NCBI GenBank assembly: GCA_040357565.1
Contig: JBDODJ010000010.1
Source of the DNA: Cercozoa sp. M6MM
Lineage: Eukaryota > Protista > Endomyxa: Ascetosporea
Strand: one strand, 5' to 3'
Length of the DNA: 64,000 nt
Positions within the stretch are counted from its first letter, which is position 1. Each line of letters opens with the position of its first letter. Position numbers and translations under genes: made by a program. The notes beneath the pieces are model-generated. The model was not told the origin of the DNA and did no database searches. It saw only the letters and a program-made list of their open reading frames with translations. This document shows, in pieces, positions 42,223-55,162 of this stretch.

Positions 42223-42812
42223 TTAGAAACGACTGCGACCTTGCTCATGCTCATCAACCTGAGTACAGATCACGACATAGTTAAAACATGCAAGGCAAGG
42301 AGGGAACGGAGAAGGAAGAAGGGGAAGATATTTCACCTGTGCAAACAGGTCGCGCTCTTTTCGTAGGCGCTCTTGCTTCTCTCGCTCTTGCCGTCTCTAC
42401 CCACACAGACAAACACAGTCACACAGACACACAGATACACAGACACACACACACACACACACGACACGTGCGCACCTCACTCGCATCTATGAACATAGAG
42501 GGGAGATCGCACCTCGCCAAAAAACTGTCGGGCAGCACCGATGTCAGCTCGTAGCGCAGCGACGTCCTTGCGACTCACAGCACCAACCTACGCACATGCT
42601 TTAAGGTATCAAAGGGTACAATATCTCCCTTCGAGAAACACGTACCTTCTTTGCAGGTACACCGGCGTAAACCTCACCACTGAGCACCTGCGTGCCAGGA
42701 GCGAGAACAGCACCCGGTAGCAGCACCGCGTGACTGCCAAGTACGCAGCCATCAAGCACGACGCAGCCTTTGCCGACGCGGCACCTATCAGAAACATTCT
42801 AGGTATACCTTG

Positions 42813-42908
<96 letters not shown>

Positions 42909-42910
42909 AG

Positions 42911-43001
<91 letters not shown>

Positions 43002-43696
43002 ACATNNNNNNNNNNNNNNNNNNNNNNNNNNNNNNNNNNNNNNNNNNNNNNNNNNNNNNNNNNNNNNNNNNNNNNNNNNNNNNNNNNNNNNNNNNNNNNN
43101 NNNNNGTGCAAGTGTGGCCCGTCCTAAATCATAAGCATCTTGCCCACATAGAAGGCGTGGTTGGTTACGGAGTGAACTGCACGAAAACTCAGACTTCCGA
43201 GCAACATGGACGACGGTGTGACGACCAATGTGCGCCGAGTTACCGACACTGTGACAAGTTGAGGCATGCAACCATACATCTACCTAACCTCAGCTTTTGA
43301 CCAAAGTGATGATACCTAATTGAGTTGACATCGCCTCGCAGCACAGCGTGCGAGTCCACCGAGGCGAAAGCATCAATGTGAACATTGCCTGAATAAAAGA
43401 CAGAACGTGTGTTTTACACTTCACATACCTACGCATAACATGAGGTACCAATGACGTCGCAGGTTTCATCAACCCACGCGGAAGCTGCCACGTTCGGCTC
43501 AGCGCCTCTGCACAAATAAAGCCACTTAGAGAGGTATCTAGCCAAGGAGATGTTTATTGCTTTACTTGAAAGAGCGAAGGGCAGGGTGATCGTGCAGCTG
43601 CTCGCGCTCGACGTTGGGCACGGCACCGGCGCCGAGCATACGATGAGCGATCATCATCCGCAGAGGCGCACATCGGGCCACAACACGCTGCAGCAT
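42223..43696 (-). CDS. Gamma carbonic anhydrase-like hexapeptide-repeat protein (probable mitochondrial complex I CA/CAL subunit); middle lost in gap, 3' end uncertain
   Basis: MLQRVVARCAPLRMM... presequence. FK|GAEPNVAASAWVDETCDVIG|NVHIDAFASVDSHAVLRGDVNSI|SVGNSAHIGRHTVVHV. CRVGKGCVVLDGCVLGSHAVLLPGAVLAPGTQVLSGEVYAGVPAKK. Confidence 0.85.
42814..43105. repeat. (CA)n microsatellite adjoining a 100-N gap (43006-43105)
   Basis: Direct reading. Confidence 0.95.
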
Positions 43697-43915
43697 TGCA
43701 CTGTGTTTTTTAAAGCTGAAACCAATGTACACACCAACACACTGTTACAGTCGAAATGCCAGCGATGTGTCTCCGGGACCAACCCCTTTAAAATAATGCT
43801 GTCGACTATTTATGCAGTACCGTTAAGGGTGTCACCTGTACCCGGCTGTTGGTCCGTGAGACCGAAGAGCGAAACGTGCGGTGGCCTTAGAGTGTCGTGC
43901 CGCACGTGTGGAGCC

Positions 43916-46900
43916 ATGAAACGCAAAGGTAGCTCTGCTAGTATACGCAGCGTGTGTTTCGCATATAGCTTGGTTTCGTTGTAAGTTGTTGTTTTGCCAA
44001 ATCCAGTGGCTCAAACTGCCGGCAAGACCGGCAGTGTTGATGATGGCGAACAGTTCGTCATGCCTGCGACGGTAGGATTTCTGTTACGCGTGCTGTTCTA
44101 GCGAGTCGGGGTGCCTGTAGATGTCAGCAGTGCAACGTCTGTGCTTGCCGTGGAACTGGAGTGTCGGGAATGGTAGCCTCACTCGTGCGTGCTCACACTT
44201 TTCTTGCACGACCACCTGTGTTTTAGTACCTGCACTGCTGTTTTTGTTCATCAACATCTACCTGGGCTTCTTCTCGGACCTGCCGATGTGGGTACGTATA
44301 CTTTATCCTCCCATTTCGTACGGAGAAGTGTGCCATGTGCTTAGGTGTACGTGACGGTGTCACTGGTGTTTCGTGCGGCCTATAACGTTGGATTGGGCGC
44401 GCTGCTGCACCATCAGTCGCTGCACAAGCGTATCACGCAGTTCTACACCCGTTGGGCCAGACACCCGAATGAGCGACTGCGCAAGCTCCTGGATGGCGTA
44501 TGCTTCTATTCTCACGTGATGGTGGTGTTATCAACCCCGCTTTTCGTAGGTGGTTCGAAGCAACATGCAAAGCGATTTCGACCCGTCAAAGTTTCCTGTG
44601 GCACTCAAGGCCTGGCTTATGTTCCGGTACACAGTTACCCAACTACCCCCATTCCCCGATTCACCCCCTCCCCCAGCTACCCAAGTACCCCATACCCCCA
44701 TTTACCTCGTTACCCCTTCCAGACACTTGGTGGACACGATCCTGGCTAACGATGTGGCTGCGCTGATTGCGCTGTTCCTGCATTGTGTACGTCTGCCGTC
44801 CTGGAGCGACTTTGGCCCGGCGCTGCTGCTGCAGTATGCTGCCGGTCTCGCTCTCGTCGCCTTCAACTACTGGGCTAAGGTGGACGCACACCGCTGCATC
44901 GGCGATTATTGTTGGTATCACCTTCGTCCAACCTCGTATTGCCTCCCCCGGTTATCCCCGTTACTCACAGGTATTGGGGTGACTTCTTCTTCCGACTCGA
45001 GCAGAATGTATCCGTTTTTGCCTCGTTTCCTTTTCGCTACGCTCCCATATCTGATTGGAGTAAAATTTAGCTCACCTTCGACGGCATTTTCGAGCTGTTT
45101 CCGCACCCGATGTACACCGTTGGTATGCGCCTTGGTTTCCTTTACTTCCGATTATACCTTCTGTTTACACTTCTTTGGCGATAGGCTATGCCATGTACTA
45201 CGGTCTGGCGCTGCTGTCGCGCAGCTACACCTTCTTTTTCGTGTCGCTGGCATCTCACCTACTCCAGCTCGCCTTCTTGGTGCTCGTTGAGGTATTGTCT
45301 CCTTGTATCCTGTTACCATAACCCAATGTTAGGCTTCCTGCTATCTTGGTTGCACACCGTGCAGGAACCGCACATCCAGCGACTGTACGGCAAGCCTGCC
45401 GATGGCGCCGAGGCTCAGAAGGTCCTCTCGGAGGAGGGTCTTCTCAAGAAACGCGAGTCTGTCTTTGTGTTCGGTCTCGACTTTCTTGACGCCGCCGATG
45501 TCGCATTGGCGGTGTCTCTTCCCGCCCTGCCCTATCACCCTGTCATCCCTTTACCCTGGCATGTAGGCGACGATGGCTTATCTGTGTCTGTCCAGCTGGT
45601 TTATGCCGCAGTGGCTCGTGTGGCTGCAAGCACTCGTGTGGCGTGCTGTGCACTGGGCTTTTGTCTTTGTTGTGTTGTACAACCAAGTGGGCTACCCTTT
45701 AAATCTGTTGCCTTGTCATACTCTCATACTCTACCCGCTATCTGACAGAGCAAGTACCGCTCGTGGACGAAGAGATTCGATTCCGTGTCCGAAGCTTTTT
45801 CCAACTGGCGTCGCATGTTCAACTTCACGTCGACCGCCTCGCTGGTAGTTGCCCTTTACCCGTCATTCTCTTTGTCTTGATCCTTATCCTGTTGAACCGT
45901 GTGCCAGGTCTCATTCGCGACAGCTGCCTTCAAGTTCGCGTTTGTTCATTTCGAACGTCATGGATGGTCGACCTCTTTCGCTGCTGGTGCTTTTACTTGA
46001 GTTTCCTACGCTCTCCATTATTCCCATCGACCTTCCTCGTCCAGGAATCCTGTTGGGTCTCGCGCTCGTGGCAGTCAATGTGTATTCGTGGCGATCGGCA
46101 CATGCCAGCATTGGAGACTTTGGCTGGTACGCTCTCCCGACCTTTCGATGCTTTGGAGAATTGAAAGGCGTTGGGGAATACATGTGTCACTGTACGCGAC
46201 TCGGCAGGTACTACGGCGACTTCTTCGTCCCGCCGGATCACACCGAGAAATGGCGCCCTCAGCTGTAACCCTGCCATTCCCGTTCCCATTTCAGATATAT
46301 TTACTTACCCTTGTAGGTGCTACACGGGTGTCTACCGCTTCCTAAACAACCCCGAGTGCGTCACCGGCTACTTTGGCCTCTATGGCCTCGCTCTGCTTGC
46401 ACAGTCCTATTGGATTCTTCTACTGGTAGCCCTGTTACTTCCTTGTTGATGTACCTCTTTATCCGTTGCAGGCTATTCTGGCTCACGTCGCAAATATTGT
46501 ATTTGTTTCGGTGGTTGAGAACCCGCATGTCCGACGCCTGTACGCCGGCCGGGTAAGGATTTATATCTCCCATATTAACCCTCCCCTCCCGTTTACCCCA
46601 GATACGTGCAGGTGCGAAAAGAAGCGCCGTTGCCACGCGCCATCAATCACCTCATCAGCGAAGTCGACCGCTCGGTATGCGTCCATGTCTTGTATCGTAT
46701 GTGTGATCAATGAGTACTATAGGGCACGCTCCGCGCGGAAGTGGATCGTGCCAGGTCACGTGCCGTTGGCGAACTGCTTGTGGTCTACAAGAGTGGCGCT
46801 CCCATTTGTCCGCAGTGACTTAGTTTCTTTATTTGATCTTTCCCGTAGACGTGTCGGACCAGTTGCTGAAGGACAGTCAAAGCAACAAGACAAACAAATC

Positions 46901-47703
46901 GGCGGTGTCTATCAGGTGCATCGTGTCTTACCCAAATACCTCCCGCTTCCCATCATTACCCCATCTGCTTAGTGCCGTGCAAGAACAAGTGGACCTAGGC
47001 GAAACCGTTGAAATTAAATTTGAGGCACCTGCCGATCACGCTGCGTATACTACAGTCAATATTTTCTGTCTTCCTATGTCTGTGTCTTCCTATGTCTGTG
47101 TGTCTGGTTTCTGGTATTGCTGCAGTTCTAGTCACCCAAGAGACAGGCAGTGCGACTGGGTGGCACTGTACCCGATCGGTATCGCAACAATTTTTCTTGT
47201 CGTCCTCTCGCTGCCCATGCAACGTTTGCGCACAAGCACAGGCACACCGTCAGCACCGGGCCTCTCTGGCGGTAAGTGGCTCGGCGTGCCGGCTGGTACC
47301 TTGCCCATCTGTCCCTTTGCACCTTTTCGCAGATGCGGATCTATGACCCCACTCGCAGGCGAATCGGGCACACTCTCGTTTGAAGACGCTCGTTTGCCGC
47401 ACATGCCGGGCGTTTACGAAGCACGGTATGTTCACCCTCTCAACTTCTCTATCGATACACGCACGTACACACACGCCGCTCGTAGGTACCACTTGGCCGG
47501 CAGCTACGAGTCAGTGGCCACGTGTGTTATCGCTGTGGGGTAACCTTTTTCGTTTGCCCCCCCCCCCCCCCATTTACCGCTGTTTCATCCCTTTCATCCT
47601 CAGTCTATCGAGCGCCATCTCGCCGGTGTCAAGCAGCGAGCATCATGAAGAGTCCCCGAGCAACGATGATAGCGACTCGACCGAGGAGGAGCAGGAGCAA
47701 TGA
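43916..47703 (+). CDS. CHO2: Phosphatidylethanolamine N-methyltransferase, Cho2/Pem1 type (duplicated PEMT domain plus C-terminal Ig/SKICH-like domain)
   Basis: FRAAYNVGLGALLHHQS, WLMFR|HLVDTILAND, FNYWAKVDAHRCIGDYCW|YWGDFFFRLEQN|LTFDGIFELFPHPMYTVG, EEPHIQRLY. Second copy IGDFGW|YYGDFF..YTGVYRFLNNPE..VENPHVRRLY. Tail DWVALY..PGVYEARYH. Confidence 0.93.
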
Positions 47704-47878
47704 TTGATCGGACCGATGTACTAATTTGATGATGCGACGCAACGACGTTGCTTTGCTTTACGTTCACGTACGACACGACGGGTTGACATAAACAGCGTTT
47801 TGACTTACTTGGTTAATTGATAGCATCGCAGCATCAGTTCGCGTCGGTTAGTTTGTATTCATCCACCTCTACCTATAT

Positions 47879-48054
47879 GCTCGAAGGCTTGTTGATGGCA
47901 ATTGAAAAACAGCCCAAGCACTATCACGGCAGAACGTATCAAGTGCGAGGGGACAAGAGCTCCGTAAAAGGGAGCTTGAGAAGAGATACCTGCAGTCAAA
48001 GTGCGTGAGCTGTAGAAAGCTTGATCTGCACAACACTTGACAATGCAAGGTAGA
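47879..48054 (+). repeat. Interspersed repeat copy B (inverse of 10922-11124)
   Basis: High identity to copy A with two indels. Confidence 0.85.
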
Positions 48055-48280
48055 TACCTAGCAAAACAAATCCTTCACTTCACCCTACTGGCTCTGATGT
48101 GATCGTCCGCGCTGACGAGTAATCAGATGACAACTTGCTTGAGAAACGCGTTGCCGTAACAACTTCGTCTACTTTGACGCAAGAACCCGTTGGGGTAATT
48201 ATTTCCTTCGCTTCTTCAAACTGAATCGTTTGATTCCTTCACTTCCCCTAATCTAATTGACGACTAACCTCTTTTATTTT

Positions 48281-48865
48281 CAACTAAACTGTTGGGGTAA
48301 CTCACTCTTTCAAACTGACACTTGGCCATTCTACTTCCAACAACAGACTTTCTTACGTTCCTTAGTTTTATTGTGTCACTGGCAAAGTAACCTCAATTTT
48401 CCAAGGCCTGATCCCTATCTGAGAAGGCTCCGGTAACATATTGAGTGAGTTACGTTAGTTTAGCCTTTACAATACTGTAGCTGTTACTGACGTTTGCCAT
48501 TGTAAAGGCACTGGTCCTGGAGAAATCAGATTACCTGGCAGAGACCTTCTTTGAGCTCAGCCACAAAAGCTCGCTCAAGGCTTTCCTACTCAAACACAGG
48601 GCTGAAGCTCTCAGTAGGTCAGCATACCAGGGAACACACTTCAAAATCTTCTTGTCTTAAAGTTGCTTCCGCGCGGATGCAGTAGCTCATGCTGTAACAA
48701 CTAACTAGGATGTTACCGCAGCCCTCTCATATAGGGATCAGGCCTTGGTAAATTGAGGGCACTTTGCCAATGATACAAAAAAAAAAAAAAACTAAGGAAC
48801 GTAAGAATGTCTGAGAGTGGCCAAGTGTCAGTTCGAAAGAGTGAGTTACCCCAACGGTTCAGTTG
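48281..48865. mobile_element. Fold-back/MITE-like element: about 158-bp imperfect inverted arms (48281-48439 / 48710-48865) around a 270-bp spacer
   Basis: GTTGGGGTAACTCACTCTTTC..ACTGACACTTGGCCA..TTCTTACGTTCCTTAGTTTT..CCAAGGCCTGATCCCTAT..CGGTAACAT is mirrored in reverse complement. No target-site duplication identified. Confidence 0.65.
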
Positions 48866-49197
48866 GGCGGCAAAGCACTGGTGAACAGGAAAGTCACCCG
48901 TCAGATGGTAATTGAGTTGGCGTGCAGTAAGAAGGAAAAAAGAAGAAGGGCCTCTGGTCGAGAGAGAGCCCTTCTTTGAGTTCGGCTGCAAAAAGCTTGT
49001 TCAAGGCTTCCCAGCGAACACACGTCAAAATCTTCCACACCACCTCCCTCGAGGATTTTTGTAAGTTGTAACAAGGATCGGCTTAACTTAGACTGTCCTC
49101 TTTGCGCTACGCGACGCTAGTGTGCGCGGCGTACAGGCAACCCGCGCGCGTTTAAACGAAAAGAAACCGTCGGTACAAGCGACGAAGCATACGGGAG

Positions 49198-52100
49198 CTA
49201 GCCTTGGTAGCGACGCGGCAAGCGGTGTTTCCGAGCAGCCTGTCGCACGGCTCTCTCCCAAGCCTACCACCAAGTGCACATGTGCATTCTCAAGTTGGGA
49301 GGAGATTATCAGCAGCACAACAACGTACCGGTTGGTAGTTGCGACCAATCTCAGGCAATGTGGTAGCAAGAATGTCCTCAATCGTGAACTGCATAAACAG
49401 TATACGGAGGCAATTGGGGGAGGGGGGGGGGGTAAACATGTGGCACCTTGCCTTCGCACTGTTCCACACGTCGCACAGCGAGCCACGCAGCACGCGTGAA
49501 GTCCTTCGTGCAGTTGACCAGGACGCGGCGCAACCCGCGCACAATCCAATCGCGCTTGTGCTCACCTGAAAGGAAGAATAGAGAGGAAAATTAGATAGGG
49601 TTGCAGGAGGCACCACTAGGTCGAGGTGCAATGTGTCGCATCAATGCCTCGAAAAGCTCACTCTGTGTACATGAGGACGGGTAAAACAAGATTACAAAAG
49701 CAAAATAATAGGTATACCACTCGACTAGATGAATTCTTAATGGCCTTCTCCAATTCGCACAGCACCACCAAAAGTGAACTAGAATCCAGGGAGTGTGTAT
49801 AAGAACCAGCGGTTGTAGGAATGACAGGAAGAATACAGCAGCATCTGTGTGCGTAGCTTGTCGGCTGACTCCACCTCTAATGCCTTGCATACACTTCGCA
49901 CGAAAGCATCGCTGTCGCACAACTAATACACACACACACACGCACATACACACACACACACACACACACGCACACACGCACACACGCCTCATATCCAGTA
50001 TATTCACATGTTTTCCGAAGGTAATTGTGGCGGTACCGAGGTGCTTTCGAGTTCCTGCCGAGTCAGCTGGTACAGCTTCTGCTTGATCGGTGACTCGGGT
50101 TGCACTTGCTGATAGCACACCAAGGTAAGAAAGATAACAAGAGGACAAAGAGATCACTTACTGGAACGACAGCAGGCACGTGCACGGCGGCAGCTTGCGG
50201 TCGCGCGATGCCACCCTGAATAATAGGTAATCTGTTGGTAACAGGAACCTAGTAAAGGGACACAGGGAGCACGCACCAACTTGGAAGCGTCTCCCGTGGC
50301 GAAGTCGGCCTCGTACAAGTCCAGCGTGTCTATCCAACCGAAGGGTAACGGGAAAACAGGGCCGGGGAGGGGGAACTACCCAAGAGACGGAAACGAGTTC
50401 GACGACTGCAAAGTTGCTTTTCGACCACTTGCTGCAGCGAACCGAACAGACATCGCAATCGCAGGTCGTGTCTATGAAAGGGAGTAACAAGTAGGAACAA
50501 GGACAGGAGTAGAGAGGTTATTATGGTAGCAATGGGCAGAAGGAGTACCTCTGCTGCAGCACACTGCCGGCACGCCACATCATGTTGCACAGCACCTCCA
50601 AACATCCATCGTTAGATTTCAGCAGCAACCATTCGCTCATTCGAAGTAGCACACTGTGCACATGCGAGAAAAGGGTTAAAAGCGTGAAGTAAGAAGTCAG
50701 TAGATTGGCCAATGTACCTGGTGCTCATGAGAGTAACGCGCGCCAATTCGGCAGCAAAAACGCCGTTTCCGACTTGGCGACTTTGGTCTTCATCGCTGTT
50801 GACACAAACAAACTTCGACTCAACTTCACTCCAAACAGCAAAGAGCAGGACAGTACGTCTTTAGCAGGAAGTCCATCACTCGTTTGCAGGTCGCAGTTTT
50901 ATACAATTCGCTGCAGCGCTTCAGACTGGCCTCGGTGAGCAGCAGCGATACCTATGCAGGGCAGAGCAATGAAAATTTTGAACCAAACTACGCAAGGAAT
51001 GATACCCGCCACACAAATGCGGCGAACACTGCCGCGTATGACGGCTGTAGTGTGCCTCTCTGCCAGCACAAAAGTGCGAGCAGATCGGCTTGCTCTTGTG
51101 GCTGCAGAAAGTTGCGATAACCTGAGTTGAGTAGAGTTGAATTGAAGGGACCTCCTGGGAGTCCTGCACGAGGGCTTCGACCACGCGCGGCGCCAGCACT
51201 TCCACCATCTCGGGCGTGACCTTGTTGAGGATTGAGCATAGTTGCTTTTTCAGCGGCGGCGGTCCCTCTTTTTTCACCTTGGTGGCCGTGATTGCAGGCT
51301 GCGCTGCTGTGCGTAGATCCTGAGCACAAGTGAAGGTTAAAAGGTAAGAGTGGATGTGTGGGTCATAGAAGACAAGGATGTAGAGATTAACGAGCAAAGT
51401 TAAGGACTAACGTACCTCGTATCGCACGGTTCTTTCTGGATCAACACGGATCGGCGTTTCGTGCCGCCCATGTCTTTTGTTGTTGTGCTGATCAAACAAA
51501 AAAAAAAGATACATGAAGGACTAATGAAACAAACAAGGAGAATGCAGTACAGGTCGTGACTTGCGCTCGCGCGGTCTTGGAGCGGGCTTGCTTATCGGTT
51601 GCGCGAGTGCTCGTTTTGGCACCAAACCTGAGGTGGCAGGGAACAGGGGTATGAGGGAAATAAGAAGATAACATGAGGAGAAGGAAGGCACAGCAAAAAG
51701 GGGTAACAGCGTAAAGATTACCAAAACCCAGACGCACGAGGCCGAGATCGAGCGCTTGTTGCGAAACTATCCTGTTGACCAACGACACAATCCAAGAGCA
51801 CCAAAAAGAAGCAAAAGGCAAGAAACAGCTAAACTTACGTTGGCAGAGTCGCACAGGCAACGGCACGTCGAACTAAGTGAGTGGGTTACAAGGTATGAGG
51901 TGGCTACATGCGATCTTGTTGTACCCTGCAGCATACGCTGACGGCCAATGCCGCGCGGTTTCGGGCCACGAAAAACAAACTCGGGAGCAGTCATGTCAAA
52001 GCTGCCCCTACATGAATCAAATTCACAAAGTACAAGCAAGAAAAGAAAAGGAATACCAGTATTCGGTGGTTTCGGTATCGACTTGTCCATCTTCCGGAGC

Positions 52101-52271
52101 ATCGACTGGTTTATTGACTGGCATGTCGACAATGCTACTGGCAACGGTCATTTCGCCATCTTCTGACGTACTTTCAGTGTCCTGCATTCCTTCCACACCC
52201 GCTTCTTGAACACCATCGTATTTTGGCACAAACACCGGCGCGCAGATATCGAAAGCTCTGTCGCTAAACAT
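49198..52271 (-). CDS. MIF4G-domain protein with two PAM2-like motifs (PAIP1/eIF4G-like)
   Basis: AFDICAPVFVP and SFDMTAPEFVF resemble PAM2. KKQLCSILNKVTPEMVEVL, QPSYAAVFAAF, GNGVFAAEL and CLEVLCNMM are MIF4G hallmarks. Confidence 0.7.
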
Positions 52272-52603
52272 GTGTGCTACTTTGTGCTGCGTTACATGCG
52301 TACTGTACCAGATCTTATGAGCTGTACTATGAAATCCAACCCAGATTGTTTTTTTTAAATCCTGGGCGCTCGTTTTTGGACAGGCACTAGAAAACTATCG
52401 ATTTCGATGTCTAGATACTTTTTCTTTTGTTATGATAGAACGTGCAAAACACAGGCTGAACTAAGCGGCATGGCAAACAAACTTTAAATACGTAGCCACG
52501 TCTCTTTTGCTTTTCCAGAGCTGCTGTAGTGAGCCTAGAAGGAATAAAGCCCGAAAACTGAACTGAAGTCACTTAGGTTCGCTGATTAAACCCTCGTTAA
52601 ATC

Positions 52604-54990
52604 AGAAACGAACGTCATTTTCTTCGCCACTTTGCCAACCATCCGCGTCGTCGTTCTTGCGGTGTTTTGCAATCGGTCGTGCAAATACTGTGTTTTTGAC
52701 GCCAAACGATGCGCCTATAAAAAAAGACATGAGACGGAAAACAGAGGAAAGTCAGATGCGTACGGGATCCAGTGCCGCCATAGAAAGCCGCAGAAGACAA
52801 GTATGCACTCGTTGTTGTTGATGTGGTTTGTTCGGCGTGTTCTGTGAGGTCGTCCTGCATTCGCGAGGTCTTAAACTCCTCCGAGCGGACCGGAGTCTCC
52901 TGGGCCGTATGGTAGATACTGACGTCGTCGAACATGTCAGCGTACATCCAGGCGTCATCAAATCGTCCAAGCACTTCGAAAAGACACCGAGACAATCCAA
53001 ACGCACAAGGTAAATGAGAAAAATACCGCGCGCGTTGTCTCGAGCAGATGACAACGGCAGACAGGTCATGAAAGCGTACCTACAGAAATACAAATACACC
53101 TTTAAGACCAGACAACAAGGTGTATGTGTATGTGCGTGTGCATGCGTTTGTGTATGTGTGTGTGCGTGCGTTTGTGCGTGTGTGTGTGTGTGTGTGTGTG
53201 CGTGTGTGTGTGTGTGTGTGACATCGGAGGCTCGTTCTGCGGATGGCGCCGAGCCACGACAAAGGCGAATACTTCGTTTCTATCACATCACACATCACAC
53301 ACATCACACACATCACACACATCACACACATCACACACATCACATACAAAATACAAACAAAGTTTCCAAGAAAACTGACTCGATCTCGCCCCTCAACAGA
53401 AGCGACACTTGCGGACGATCGTCGTTCTTCTCGAAGAAAACCTGCACACAGTGTGAGGCTAAGAGGATAAACGAGCGAAAGATGGTCGGAACACAGTACG
53501 GTAGGAACAACACTGCGCCAGTTGGCACAAGCCCAGGCTCTAGCTCCTTCCATTGCCGCTACAGAAGAAAAAAGGAGGTACGAGGTGTAGGGCAAGGGAA
53601 TACTGGAAGCGCACAGGTCATGAGGGCGGGATTTCGGCGCACCGCAGCCGCCATAGCAGCGTGCCCACTCAATTCGAAAAACTACGCAGAGTAAAGGAAC
53701 TGCTCATTTTTCTCAAATCAACAGTACCTGAAGTTTCTCCTCTCTCACAAAGTGTGCCACGTCAGTGTCCTTACCTGTCACACACAATAAAGGGAGCAAA
53801 GAGCAGGGGCATAGTCAGTCGGACTACAGAAGGGCAAACGCCAGTCGAACACGAGCAACTGTGGCGGAATTGTCGAGAATGGACGTACCACTTGTGTCTA
53901 ATATCCGACGAAGGGTGGAAAAAGGTGCGGGGAAGAGACAAGTTAGTAAAAAGTAAGGTATTATGTACTGGAGACAGCGCTGACCAGTGCAAGTTTCGCA
54001 ACTCATGCCGCAAGTGCTTTCGTAGACACAAAGAATCACCTAAAAACAAAAAATGTCATGTATCCGACGGACGAAGAAGTACGAGGATGAAAGAGGAAAT
54101 GCATGGACCTAAGTTGATCAGGTCGCGTGCACCCAACAGCTCACACAGAATAAACCCTCGATTGCCCGCTCCCCTGTATGAGCAGCTTACTCACTACCTC
54201 TTCATACCACAAAACCGTACAACATCGATACGTCTGTGCAGTGGCAACGTCACTTCGCACGAGCAACACAAAGAGTGGCGTGTCAGTCGCGTCGAACAGC
54301 GTCGTGTGGTACAATAGCGCAATGGGACCTGGCTGATCCTCATCTCTATAATGACACGATAAATCACGAGACACAGAGAGGACAGCGAGAAAGTTTACTG
54401 TGAAAGGTCGGGTCCTGGACGTAAATGCCGGCGTCGCTTTAGTAGTTCCAGGTGTTCTCGCAGGTACAATCCTACGACCACCTGTTCTCTCCTACCGATA
54501 CGTCAGCACAACACCGTGGAGAAATGAAGTATAACGGAGTCGAAAAAGAAGTACAAAGCAGCGTCGAAGACGTAGTTTTGTTGACGCAGAATGCGACGCC
54601 AGTCCTGTTCCCACGGCTCGCGAGCAGCAGACCTACAAACCCCGATGCTAGTTGAACAAAAGAGCAAACCCGCCCATTGGACGAGATTACCTGCCTTGAG
54701 ACGAACGTTGTGCGAGTTTTTTAAGAACTTCGCACTCCTCACTTCTACCAAATCGAACTAGGCGGTCAGACCTACGGCTATATTGATACCGAAAAGGTAC
54801 CGAGAGATGTAGAGCGCTTGGTCGTCGTCATTGCTGCCACACAGAAACAAGCGGCGCGTGGCAATGACTCGATGTTTTTCGGCATCCGCGCGAATCCAGC
54901 AGAGATACTTTGTTGGAGGTATCCAAAAAAGTCGCACCAACAAAAACGAACTGTACAGGAAGAACGAATTCCGACGTCCAGACACACAAC
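52604..54990 (-). CDS. Hypothetical multi-exon protein; boundaries approximate
   Basis: Series of GT-AG-bounded open segments (e.g. PWEQDWRRILRQQNYVFDAAL, VVVGLYLREHLELLK, VLGRFDDAWMYADMFDD...). No family recognised. Confidence 0.4.
53119..53345. repeat. Degenerate (TG)n tract (53119-53220) and 9-bp CATCACACA tandem array of about 6 copies (53285-53345), intronic
   Basis: Direct reading. Confidence 0.9.
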
Positions 54991-55162
54991 ATTACTATTT
55001 TAGTACGTTAAAGCGGGTCAGGAGTATACTACCGAAAGGTACAAAAGTTGAAACAGAAACATAAAGTATGCCCCCTTAATGAAGCAAAGTGGCTTGTCTG
55101 CTCAGCGGGCTGCCCGTAAGTGTTCCATCAGTGTGGTTCTCTAACATACATCAACCGCAAGC

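Noticed and set aside
54765-54810. 5S rRNA-like start CCTACGGCTATA
   Set aside because: Similarity ends after about 12 nt and it lies within a predicted intron.
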